Both the position numbers and the translations under genes were made by a program. A DNA stretch of 58,785 bases from Salisapilia sapeloensis CBS 127946 (Eukaryota; Protista; Oomycota): NCBI GenBank assembly GCA_023334545.1, contig JAADVB010000105.1:1-58785 (forward strand), read 5' to 3'. This document shows positions 43,293 to 54,872 of the stretch, piece after piece (position 1 is the stretch's first letter; every line of letters starts with the position of its first letter). The notes beneath the pieces were generated by a model, which was given only the letters and a program-made list of their open reading frames with translations, had not been told where the DNA came from and ran no database searches.

Positions 43293-45415
43293 ATGAATCA
43301 CCAAGTCGCTTTGAAACGACCGAAATCATTCTCGAGTATGACTTCGGGAAATCGCTTTTCATTTGATGAACTCTACAGTGCTTTCGGACGATCTTTAGAA
43401 CAAAACGAAAATGGCATTCGGCATGCATCTACGTTTCACCTATCATCGCGTCAGGATGCTAACGACCGGAAACCTGGGCAGGGAAAACGTGGACCTGGTC
43501 GTCAAGATCAACTTCGCCTAGGATCTGCGACTGAGAAAATTAGACATCGAGTCTGCCCAGTTCATCTTTCGTCCTTGTTTGCCCTCCAGAACCCGGATGG
43601 AAGTTGGGACTACTCTAATGACTTTCACGTCACTATGAATGGTGTCGCAACTCGTCCGCCAGAAGGGATATCTGGTAAGCTTTGGGCCACTTCTATTGCT
43701 ATTTTAATATGGAGACAATCGCCAGAATGGTTTTCATTACTGCATGATGCGTACGAGAAGGCTGCCCTCCACCTTGACAATAACGTACTCGCACGTGCTA
43801 GAGGTGGTGTTGACTTGACCTCTGTACACAAGGTGATTTTGAGAAAACATATCGCTTGGTTAGATGCATGTGAACGTTGTTAGCTTGTGTAGATCCGAAC
43901 ATATCCTTTTCAAGATCTGAAAGCACTGGAAGCACGAAGAAAACAAGAGGAAGAAGATCTTTTATCGCAAGAGGAAGAACGCCTGGAGCAGGAACAGAAA
44001 GCAGCTCGCGCAAAGGAAATTCGAGCAATAGAGGATAGTTTCCGACGAGTACGAAAGTTACCAGCCGAAGTACGGACTGAGCTTCTGAACGGATACAACC
44101 AGGACGTGTTTACTGCTTTGCATCCAGAGAAGGCAGTACAGTTTCAAGCTGGCGATGCAGTCGAATATAACGAAGGTGGATCAAATTCCATGTGGAAGAG
44201 CTGTTCGATTCGTAAGATAGTTGACAGCAAAAAAGTCGTGATACGGATGTATAAGCGATCTCGATGCATTGAGCGGCAAGTTTCTACGCATGAGCTACGA
44301 AGACCTCTAGACCAAATTGATTCGTTTCGAAAGAACCATTTGGATAAGTTTCGGTCAGAATGGCAGCTTCCAGCTCGTTGTGCAGACGAGCTAGAGCGAA
44401 TACGAGAGGTGCGTCCTACTATATTTTAATCGTGGAAATAACTATAGCACATGTATCGACTAGGAAGAGAAGAAAGGCAAGTATGTGCGACCGTGGGATG
44501 GACGTCTAGTAGAACGGAAGATATCAAAGACAACATCACTTCCTCAATTAAAGAGGCATTGTGAAACAGACCATGTCAATGATATCGACAAGGCAACGAT
44601 ATCAAACGATGAGAAACTCGATAAAATGTATGAGAAAGCCATGAAACGAGCAATGGATTACGATGGAATTTACAAGAAGACTTGTAAGCTAGTCGGAGTT
44701 GCATGCAAGCAGTACAAAATGGCAGACCTCTTTCGAGATCGACTGCATGCTTTCGATACATTCTTGGCATCGCTGGTGGAATTAATGAGGGCAAGTGTCC
44801 ATGTCTTAAAAGAGATTCGAGCGTGGAAATCCTATTCGTTGCAACTGGGAAATGAAAACTGTCCGCGTATCTTTATGTGGCATGGCAGCAACTTGATCAT
44901 TCGGGTATCCGCCTTTTTATGTATGTGCATGATGAGATGAATGACATGGGTGTATGCAGATAGTTAGATCACTCGATTTCTTGTCAAGTGTCAAGGAGGT
45001 ACGTGGGTGGTACGGCGAAGAGTTTATGTTTGCATTCAATCCGTTCATGCGCTCGATTTCTTTACTGGATAAAGCACATGAGCAGGGTCTGACCTTGACC
45101 CGTGGGCATTCTGTACCACCAAATCATCTTCGAGATGCTGTATGTAATTGGCTCCTCATAAGATCTTTGGTAATCTAATCAAAGTGTAGCTCAAGATAGG
45201 CGAGAGCAAAGGTGGTAACTATGAAATCCCAACATGGTGGCCCGAACGGCATTATGATAGTGAATTGCAAAACCAGATTGCAGCTGCAGAAGAGGTACAT
45301 TTATTTTGTGTTGTCCTTTGATGACGAGTGATTGATCGCAATCTTGATGCAGTTTCTTATAAATGAGCTCGTGGAATGTGGCGTGCTTCAATATCAAGCA
45401 GTCGACGGTACATAG
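43293..45415 (+). CDS. Hypothetical multi-exon protein (VWA5/PARP4-type C-terminal helical segment, coiled coil, Tudor/Agenet-like beta domain, uncharacterised C-terminal domain)
   Basis: ORF pieces 43293.., 44106.., 44485.. and 44954.. join through 50-60 nt GT-AG introns to a TAG at 45413-45415. LFALQNPDGSW...LWATSIAILIW...AYEKA and FQAGDAVEYNE...WKSCSIRKI are recognisable by eye only. Confidence 0.6.
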
Positions 45416-46709
45416 ATGGCAGAAGATCTACTTTTTCGACACTCTCGTGTCAAATTTACTATAGACTTGTGATCTTGTCTGCTCATGCTGCTTCATCAGT
45501 TGCGCTCGAAACGACGACAAAGGTGACCCGTCCGTCAGTATCTTCCCTAGCTGTCGTCAACACAATTATAAGCACAAATAAATGATTCGTCTGAAGTTGT
45601 TCTGTCGTACGGAATCAGGTTCATGAAGGCGCGAAGGGATCTTGTCATATTTGCCCGTAGCATGCTGCTTCATAGATGACGGCGGGAGCATGACCGCATT
45701 ATCAGCTACCGAGATCTGTTTCAAGGCTGGGAAGCAGCGCACTTTGTTATATCGCTCGGCGTACGCTTGTCTTCGCTTGTACGTGTCCATGGCTTAATTC
45801 TCACGCAATCTTATTCGATATGTCGTTTGAGAAGACGGGGTGGCTCTTGAGGATGTAGATTGTTGAAGTTACCCAAGAGGTAGATTGTCCTCTCGTCACG
45901 TGAGCCAACGTTTCGAAGATGTAACTCAGACGGAGAGGTTGCTTTTTCTCATGATGAGGACGGAGGAAGCCCTCTTCCTTGGCGTGTCTACCCAAGAATA
46001 GGTATGACATGGCAGCCATTGCATCCTGCGACGTGCTCTAAAATTAGCATGATGGAAGAATGGGGTTAGAGGATGAAGGTCAAATCCAGATCTAAAGATC
46101 GGATCAATTCAAACTGGCTTCTTTGCATGCGTTCGTAACTTTAAGTGGTCGTAGCGAATATCTTCCCGCAGCAAAAGACGATCGAGCTAGCATCCTTCCC
46201 TTGTGCCCGCACGCTTACCGCTCCCTTTGCGTGCGTATCCTGCAATCCGTCTTGTCGTCGAAAGAGCAAAAAATCTCATCCTTGTATTCACCTAGCCCGT
46301 GATTGGAGAGAGGAAATTCCAAGTGTACCTGGAGACGAGCCGATCTTACTGCGCTGAACTTCTTCTTCGCTACATTTCACATAGATCGTTTCTCCCTCGA
46401 CATACGAATACCTCGCGTGCATTCGTATCTCTTGAGTACGCTCTACTCGTCCTTCTGGTGCACGAAAACACCTAGCCTACGTCGACCCCATATCCACTCT
46501 TTTCTTGCTACTTTCACTTGGGATTTTTTTTTCAATTTGGAAAAAACAGTGAAGAAAAACGATCCTACTATCCAGTTCGCCAAACGCGAAAGACTCGACG
46601 ATCGCCCACTTGAGATTAGGAAAGCGGATCCCCGATCATTAGCGCTTCAAACGTCGTTTGTGCGCATAAGAACCAAGAGCACCCAGCATTCAATAACTGG
46701 ATCGCAATC

Positions 46710-47944
46710 ATGCAGCACGAGACGACGCCGTCCTCGAGCTCTGATCACAATCGCTCGCCCAGTAAGCCTCAGGTACTCATCTTACGACCGTTTCCTCGTC
46801 ACTTGCCTCTCCCTCCTCACACATCTTTTTGCAGGATACTCGCCGATCAAACCCCGGCTTTGGTCTCGCCGATATTTTGAATCGTAGCACTAGCAGCGCC
46901 GCAAGTAGCCCCGACGTGCACCAACCGAGCACGCAACTGTCACCACCAAAGCTGACGCTGCCATCCCTCCACTCTATAAGCAGCCTCAACACTCGGCAGC
47001 AGCCTTCTCACCGAGAAGCGTCGTTCCTATCCACGTCCAATCGTCAGCGAGATACGTCGCGACTTAACTCCTTATCCGAGGCTTCCTCCCACTCACAAAA
47101 GATGGAGCTTCCACCAGGCGAAGATGAAATCACGCGAGGCGGGCGATGGACAGCAGACGAGTACGTATCTTCATTTTCTCCATGTCTATCCCGTTCTAAT
47201 TTTAACGTAGACATGAACGTTTCTTGGCCGGTTTCCGAATGCACGGACACAAATGGAAACGAGTACAGCAAGTAGTTCGCACGAGGTCCGTGACACAGGT
47301 GCGGACGCATGCACAGAAATACCTGCTTAAAGTGGCCAAGTTGAAAGCAGAGAAGGAACAGAATGAACAGTTGGACACGAAAGCATCCGTCACGTCGTCC
47401 GATAAGCGGTACGGCATTTCGTCCATTGCCAATTCAGACCAGTCACCACAGATGAGCGGGCACTCGACCGCGCCTCCGACACCGGATTACCATCATCATT
47501 ACACGGAAGGTTACGAAGACATCATGAACACACGTACGAGCAGCAGTCCACCGCGCCGACAGCCATCGCGCAAGAAGCTTCGCAAGAACGATGCTGGCGA
47601 CAGTGTCGATCAGGAGTACATTGCTGCTGCAGCGACGACGCTGTGCTATTTGATGACACAGAAGATCGACTCGTTATTCGATACGTCCCAAGGCCCGAAC
47701 GATTCGGAGCCGTACGATTGTTACCCTGGCAACGCTCCAAAGGAAGAGCCGAGCGACGATCAGCGCCCTAGTGAAGAGTCTCGAAAGCGCCCCTACTCTC
47801 ATTTTCTCACGGATGACAGGGTATAATTTTGAGCTTGTAGCACGTGAAGTCATGTACTGAAGATGAAATTAGAGTCCGAAGCGTGAATACTCGTATGAGG
47901 AGGAAGCGGGATACTCTATCGAAGGGAAAAAGTTGTGTCCATAA
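46710..47944 (+). CDS. Single-repeat Myb transcription factor, SHAQKY(F) class
   Basis: join(46710..46772,46835..47160,47211..47820,47873..47944). Splicing restores GRWTADEHERFLAGFRMHGHKWKRVQQVVRTRSVTQVRTHAQKY. The last exon is less certain; unspliced, the frame ends at the TAA at 47824-47826. Confidence 0.9.
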
Positions 47945-49230
47945 GACGCAGTCGATGTGGGGCATCTCGAGCGGACCTCCGGTCGTCTTGTGTATAGTTG
48001 AGTATGCTGCGGATGCGTCTGTATATCTGTACTTCCGATATGGAGCAACTGTAGCCATGTCCAAATCTTGATTCAGGTTGGAAAGCATGCTGTTGATAAG
48101 AAAGTATTTAGCGGTCGGACGAGTACAGTATGGTAGGGCAGATGTAGTTGTTTGTAAAGCATTTTTTGCTGAATTCATATTTTTCCCATGCTGCGCTTGG
48201 TCTACCTCTAGTCGATACTTTCACAAGGAAGCATCTAAGCACCATCTACATTCTATGTACCTCCTTCTGTCGATCAATAGATGCGTACAGTTGAGTGGTG
48301 GTTGATGTCAACTGCTTCTCAACTCTCTCATGTCATGTCTACAGTTACACGCAGCATTGCGTTGGCAGCGAGTATGTTAGCCATGCGAAATCCCGACTTA
48401 GTAACATCGTGTACATTGAACAAGAGGATGGTAGCCATCAATTAATTCTGGTGTGCATTCCGTCGCTTTGGACGCCCATTACCAATGCTTCGCTTGATGG
48501 GAATGACTGAAGGCGGACTACGTATCTTTTTAGCTTTGCTTTCATCACATCGTTTCATGGTAGCTTGTGCCGTAAAGCTATTCAAGATTGGATTTTTCGT
48601 GTCAATCTGAAGAGTTGTCAAGACAGATCTTATCGCACCTTTAGGTGGCTACATTGTTGGTTTAATGATGCGATCAGTTTTCACATGATACGAAGTAGGA
48701 ATTGTGTGATATACAGATTGTCCTTATCATGTAGCCCTTACGACTTGTTTCGACGTGAATAAACAGTAATGTCTCTATCGCTTGTGTGCATGCAGCTTAA
48801 TTTGGCGTCCATTAAGACCAGCAACCAAGTATGTAATATGCTTCGCAGAGCATAAACATCGAGAATGCCCTAGTACAAGGTGATAACAAGAGACATGATG
48901 TCTACCAAGAACTTGCAATGATGTATGGAATAATGGACATTTCCATGGAAGCATTTATTCGATCGCTCTGCAGAATTCTTGACATATCTCATCGTATCTG
49001 GTAGATTTTCGAATGCACATGCAATAGAAACTCCAAGATATGGGCACTTGACGTATTGATCCTAATCTACCGCCTCGTAGTAAAGTAATGCTTTTTGTGC
49101 ATAAAGGTAAAAATGATAAAGTACGTGTCTAATTGGGATTGTAATCTAGATCAAGATAAGTATCGATGATTGATTCTCGTTCAAGCTTAAATGTAAAAAT
49201 CTCTGTCGGCCGCCCATTGTAAAAGCCGAT

Positions 49231-49245
49231 CCAATGAGCCAATCA
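49231..49245. promoter_or_regulatory. Tandem CCAAT boxes (CCAATGAGCCAATCA) upstream of RIO2
   Basis: Two CCAAT cores; the second reads AGCCAATCA, the reverse complement of TGATTGGCT. About 350 nt upstream of the RIO2 ATG. Sequence match only. Confidence 0.4.
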
Positions 49246-49589
49246 ATACCACAAATACTTTTTTACCAACACAAGATTAAATTGTCAATCGATTCGCCAT
49301 CTTGTATCCAGAAACCTCGACAATAGCTTCTACAGTAATCAATATAGACGAAAGGATACTTTTGATCGAGCCCACAGTCAATTTAAAGCTCCTACCTCTT
49401 TATGAGCAATGGAACCAAGATCATCATGAACACTGAAAATCGATACCTCGTTCAACAAAGTACCTTGAGGTCGTACGAACTGCTCCTATAAGTTGAAGTG
49501 GATCCATGTAAAAGTGTTGATTGCGTAACCAAAATAACCGTTAAGCAAAAGTTGCTAACGAATGGAGCTCAGAATCGAATTTGGCCAGC

Positions 49590-50822
49590 ATGAAGCTCGA
49601 TGTGTCTTCCATGCGGTACTTGACCAAGGAGCACTTTCGTGTGCTTACAGCTATTGAGATGGGCATGAAGAACCATGAAGTCGTGCCAGTGGAACTTATC
49701 ACTTCACTCGCAAAGCTCCGACATGGTGGTTTGAATAAACTATTGTCACACTTGCTACGGAATCGATTAGTGGCACATGAAGCTCAGACATATGACGGCT
49801 ACCGACTTACTTTCAGTGGCTTTGACTTCCTAGCTCTACGTGTATTCCTCCAACGGAACCACATTGCTGGTTTAGGCCGTCAAATCGGCGTCGGCAAGGA
49901 ATCAGACATTTATCTCGCGACGCAAGAAGACGGGACGGAGGTCGCCATCAAGTTCCATCGCCTCGGTCGGACGTCCTTTAAGGCAGTGAAAAGCAAGCGA
50001 GACTACTTGAAGAAACGCAAGTCAGCGAGTTGGTACTACATGTCTCGATTGTCTGCTATGAAAGAATACGCTTTCTTAAAAGCATTATACGCACGAGATT
50101 TCCCAACACCAACGCCCATCGATTGCAATCGACATGCTATTTGCATGAGTCTAGTAGATGGTTATCCGTTGAACCAAGTGCGTCATCTCGCGAATTCAAA
50201 AGACGTGTATGACACAGCGATGAACGTCCTCGTGCGGTTAGCAGAATGCGGTCTTGTCCATTGTGATTTTAACGAGTTTAATCTTATGGTGAATGACGAT
50301 GGGAAGTTGACGATGATCGATTTCCCACAAATGATCTCGACGTCTCATCCGAACGCGACGGAGCTATTCAATCGAGATGTCCATGGCCTTGTTAAATTCT
50401 TCTCTCGTCTCCAAGGAGGTGCATACACGCCAGATAGTTTGCCACAGCTGGATGAGATCGTATCGGAAGTGGAAGAACGACTTGATACGGTCGTTGAAGC
50501 AAGTGGGTTTAATAATGAATTCGGTGAAAGCGCGGATGATTTGTCCATGTTTGCTGCACACCGAGTCGGTTCAGATGACGAGATTGAAGAGGGTAGTGAA
50601 GAAGAAGAGGACGAGAGTGAAGAGGAGGAGGCTAGTGAAGAAGAAGTGGAAGGCATGGAGAACTTGTCTATCCAGCAAGAGCCGGAAGTCGTGGACAGTG
50701 AAGAGATTAAGCGCCAGGTGAAACGAGATTTACATGCGCGACGAAAGGGAGGGAAGCAAAAGTCTAGAAACAGCGCTAAGCTTAGTGTCAAGGGAAAGCT
50801 CGTGCATAAAGAGCGATTTTAA
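49590..50822 (+). CDS. RIO2: RIO2 atypical Ser/Thr kinase (40S maturation)
   Basis: ATG at 49590. Winged-helix N-terminus MKLDVSSMRYL...FRVLTAIEMGMKNHEVVP; IGVGKESDIY, AIKFHRLGRTSF, VHCDFNEFNL and MIDFPQM; acidic/basic tail. Confidence 0.97.
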   Translation: MKLDVSSMRYLTKEHFRVLTAIEMGMKNHEVVPVELITSLAKLRHGGLNKLLSHLLRNRLVAHEAQTYDGYRLTFSGFDFLALRVFLQRNHIAGLGRQIGVGKESDIYLATQEDGTEVAIKFHRLGRTSFKAVKSKRDYLKKRKSASWYYMSRLSAMKEYAFLKALYARDFPTPTPIDCNRHAICMSLVDGYPLNQVRHLANSKDVYDTAMNVLVRLAECGLVHCDFNEFNLMVNDDGKLTMIDFPQMISTSHPNATELFNRDVHGLVKFFSRLQGGAYTPDSLPQLDEIVSEVEERLDTVVEASGFNNEFGESADDLSMFAAHRVGSDDEIEEGSEEEEDESEEEEASEEEVEGMENLSIQQEPEVVDSEEIKRQVKRDLHARRKGGKQKSRNSAKLSVKGKLVHKERF

Positions 50823-50916
50823 TTCAGATTAATGTTCCTTTTACGACAATTGATTGCATATATACAAATACTGTTTCCTCGGTAGTCTTTAAATAGCATC
50901 TTCTTCATTTACCAAC

Positions 50917-52576
50917 ATGGATGGAAAGCAAGTGCTAAAGTCTGTGAATCGACCCAAGAGCGCTGGAGAGCTATCAGTAGCAGACGAAGCGACTAGCAGT
51001 CTCGACGACATCGCTCGTCCATTGACGTCAAAGCACTCTCTTGCGCCGATTGTACCGATTCCTCGATTACCTGCTGGATCACTCAATGTAGAATCATCGT
51101 GTTATCGCCTCGGTAGGGAGCGTTATTTGGAGTATGCTATCTAGTCTCATCCTTTTTGTAGTTTATCTCGCGCCAATCCCATCTTTGGAAGAAGTCAAGG
51201 CGAAGCGGTTGTATAGAAACAAAGCTAATCTTCAAATGGAAACCAATGACGATCCTACCTCGCAAGAGCTCCATCTACCGCTTTTTGACTTGAACCAAGG
51301 AGAAGTAGATAAGAATCGTTCCAGGTATCGAATAAAGACAAGGCCTCTACTCAAGAACAAACGACGGACGGGTCGAAAGAAGAAGGCAGTCTCTACTGAA
51401 GGCAGTCAAGAGATGGAAATGAAACGTTTTAAAGCAAAGCTTAGCTATTTACCATCCACAGACGTTGAGCTGGAAGAGTTTTGGGGCATGATCCAAGAGC
51501 TGAAAGCTCGAAGAGCACGCTTACATGCAGTGGAAGCAAATGATGAGCTCTCTCCGGTAATACTTCGTCGGAAATTGGCTTGTGATAAAGCATGGAGAGA
51601 TCAACTTCATAGAGAATGGATGCAGCTACATCACAGTCGTATGCAAAGCTGTCTAGAGAGGAAGAAATATGAAGATGAACTGTACCATCAGCGAGTGTTG
51701 GCATCAACGACAGAACATCGAATCAAAGTACGGCTACTACAAGAACAGCGGGAACAGTACTTGATTCGGATGCACTACATCCTTCCTATTATCTACACGT
51801 GTTCGTTTAGCTCCATACTGCTAGCTAATTTAAAGCGCCACTATGTGAACAAAAGATTATGCCACTGCCTACGCATGTTAGTTCATGTTTGGAGGAAAAG
51901 AAGAGCAAGTCAATCCGCAAACGAAGTTTCTGCACGTATCCTTCGCCACTGGTTAAAGAAGAGCGTTGCAGTTCAATCAGTTAGCTTGCGGGTCTTTCGA
52001 GGCATCCGTCTTTATATTCGAAGGGTGAAAATCTTGCAAATGATCTGGAGGGCAAAGCGAGCAAAGAGGGAATTGCGATATAGACTGGCTGAAAGCTTGT
52101 GGCTAAAGGAAGAGACTAAAATGGTAGAAGCTGCAATCCTTGAGTACCAGAACGAGAAAGCCAAGGAAGGAAATGATCGTTATGTTCGAAGTCGTGCAAG
52201 ACGTAACTTGTCGAAGCGAGGGAATGCAAGGAAAAGATGGTTAGCATTTGTACCGGAAAATATTCGGAAACAGGTCATTTGGGATTACTTGAGTCAAATG
52301 GAACGTGAATACGTTGCAAGATTTAGGAAACAAGAGGAGGAGTTGTTTCCACATTTGGTACAGACACTTCGCTGCAACAATCCTACAAAGTCACGGGAGT
52401 ATATTCGAGCTCTCGCGGCAAACATTATTCGGCAAGGAAAAGTATTTCAGACATTGGAAAAAATACCAGGAGCTGTCGATGAACTCGATGCCATCACCCC
52501 AAGTGATATTCGACAGTCACCGGTTGTGAAATTGATCCGTGAAGGAAGGAAATTGTGGCCACAGGGAGCTATGTAG
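50917..52576 (+). CDS. Hypothetical basic coiled-coil protein with IQ-like segment, 2 exons
   Basis: join(50917..51112,51162..52576) is frame-consistent. Helical and Arg/Lys-rich, with an IQ-like VKILQMIWRAKRAKREL. No family recognised. Confidence 0.65.
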
Positions 52577-52627
52577 CTTGTTGTATCTATTTTTATACCA
52601 ACGTTTTATATCGCTGGTACATTCACT

Positions 52628-54759
52628 ATGGAAGAGAAGGATGACCAAGAGACTCTAGTGCCAGAGCAACATGCTCCTCCTCATTCAACAAACCAAAACT
52701 CAACTGAAAGCCAAGTCACGGCTATTTCGAGCCACAAACAAGAAGAATTAGATGAACAACTTCAGGAGAGGGTGACTACACCTCAAAGTACAGAGCCTTC
52801 ACCGCATGCTATTGCGACTAGTATCCTACCATGCCGATGTTTTGCACTTGTAGTAGCTGTGAACACGCATAAACACTTACCAAAACTCCCGTCGAAAACC
52901 AAGGAAGAGGCAACTCGACTTTTTCATGCACTGACCGGAAGTCAATGCGCTCAGTTCAGTTACCGTGGCTCGAAGCTGTTATTGAATCCATCCGTTGTTG
53001 AATTTCGAGAGACAATGACAGAATTGACATCAATCTATAATGAGAAAGCAAACCTCCAATCTACGTTCTTCCTCTTCTTGCTGGTGCGTGTATCACGATG
53101 CAATTGACATCAATTAATTCCAGTAATTGGTCTTGCTTGTATAGTCACATGGAGTCCGAGTATCAAGCGAGATAAATAAAGGATCTTACATCTTGTTTAG
53201 CAATTCCCGTTTGACATCGGAAGCAGAGCTATTATTGACAGCGGTTAGTGAGCAAGAGCTCGCAGGATACATCCGTCGTAAGAGATATTTTATCTGCCAG
53301 ATTACCGCATAAGTCTGATGGGTCTTTGTCGTAGAGGTTCCTTGTAAGAACAAGTTAGTGGCACTAGACATTTGCCACCTTCATATTCCTCAAGATCACC
53401 CTCAGGCACTAGACGAAACCATCGAGCCTCGTGTCTTGGATGACTTTGGACTGATCTTGCGTCAGGAACTACGACCTGAGGAGTTTGTTGATGCAAAACC
53501 ATCTAAAGAGGTTGCTCATGAGCAGCGTCGACAAAATGAAGCCGTGCTGGTGGAAGCGTGTGATATAGGCTCTGGGGAAGTATCTTTGCGCAATGCTCAA
53601 GGCCAAGTGAGCAGTTTTTTAAGTCGGTTTGTAGACGCATTTCGCGGAGCTGCTTCTCCGCTGCTTCTTGACAAAGAAAATCATGAGCAGACATCATCTT
53701 TTATTGCAAGCGATATCATCCGATATGTGCTTAACCACGTCAAACAAGATGCTATTGATCAGAGTAAAAAGATAAGAGATGCGTACATGAAGCAAGTGAA
53801 AAACAAATTCGAGGCTGCAGCTGTCGACGATGCCATCTTCCAAACGCCAAAGCTGCATGGAAGAGATCATGAAATTTGCTTCTACCTTGGACACCTACCA
53901 GGTATACTGCTTTTAAAGCATTTTTAATGTGAGCATTAATGCTTATTCTATGATAGCACCTCCATCGTCTGCACCATCAACACCAGCACTAATCACATCG
54001 ACTTTATCATCTTTGAGTGTTGGGTGGACATGTCCACCCAACACAGGATCATCGCTTCCATCTATTCTCGGTTATGAGGCGCAGTATCGTGGTGCTGGTC
54101 GTGCCGCAGTCAAGGCAGATATTTGGAAACGTGCAGGGGCATACCGGGTACTTTCCCTCGATGAGGTCGAGCGGAAGGAGGTTATTCCGTTGACGACGAC
54201 AGTCGCAAACGGTCTTCCCACTGACACAGGTTACTGCTTTCGTGTTCGTGCTTACAGCGCTGGTGGATGGGGTCCATTTTCAGAGATCAGTCCCGCTTTT
54301 CGGACTGTAGCTATAACGAGCGTACAAGACCAGCTCTCTACAGTGCAACAAACTGCATCCGAGTTCGGACCGACGGGTCTCCTACAACTCATGCTAAAGC
54401 ATGCTCACGTCAGATCTATTCAGCAACTGAGCATCGATGAACTTGCCAAAATGGCGCTCTGGAATAACCGGAACGAGCTTTTGGATTTACCGTCTACATC
54501 GCTACAACCAATCGTCGGTCAGGTGCATGCAGCAATGCTAAAGTTCAAGCACGACTATTTCCTTCATCGATCTGCTGCGTTATTTGTTGGTCGACTAGCT
54601 ATCTCCAGTTCACTTTGGAAACAGCAATTCAAGGTTTCCAATCATCAGCCATCGATGCTTTCGACATTAGAATGCGCTGCCGAGCGTTTTCGAAAGTGCG
54701 ATGCACAGGCACTACAATGGATATCATGGGCCATTCAAATACTCCGTAGTGAACAATGA
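52628..54759 (+). CDS. Caspase-fold (peptidase C14-like) - fibronectin type III - ARM-like protein, 4 exons, 652 aa
   Basis: join(52628..53083,53145..53277,53335..53901,53957..54759) is frame-consistent. Splicing creates FFLFLLSHG (His codon 53148-53150) and KNKLVALDICH (Cys codon 53373-53375). FN3 signature LSVGWTCP...GYEAQY...NGLPTDTGYCFRVRAYSAGGWGPFS. Confidence 0.8.
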
Positions 54760-54872
54760 GAAACAAGTAGCAAAATAGATCATTGCACTGCATTCGTATG
54801 CGATGAGCTACCTATGTTAAGTCTATAAAAAATATGAAATCGTCTCTTCCTTTGGACAATCGCGTAGTCTGC

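Noticed and set aside
45450-46200. Two minus-strand ORFs (45801..46019, 45566..45790) with an upstream acceptor-like site and a presequence-like peptide MLARSSFAAGRYSLRPL
   Set aside because: Possibly a small spliced gene, but I could not join the pieces with canonical introns and recognise no family.
47950-49200. Near-open frames on both strands with single in-frame stops and hydrophobic stretches between Myb and RIO2
   Set aside because: Suggestive of a decayed or many-exon gene, but there is no recognisable domain, transposase or RT motif, terminal repeat, or consistent exon chain.
52560-52640. Possible fusion of the 50917 gene with the caspase-like gene across the 51-nt gap
   Set aside because: No convincing donor/branch/acceptor set removes the TAG at 52574-52576; treated as two genes.
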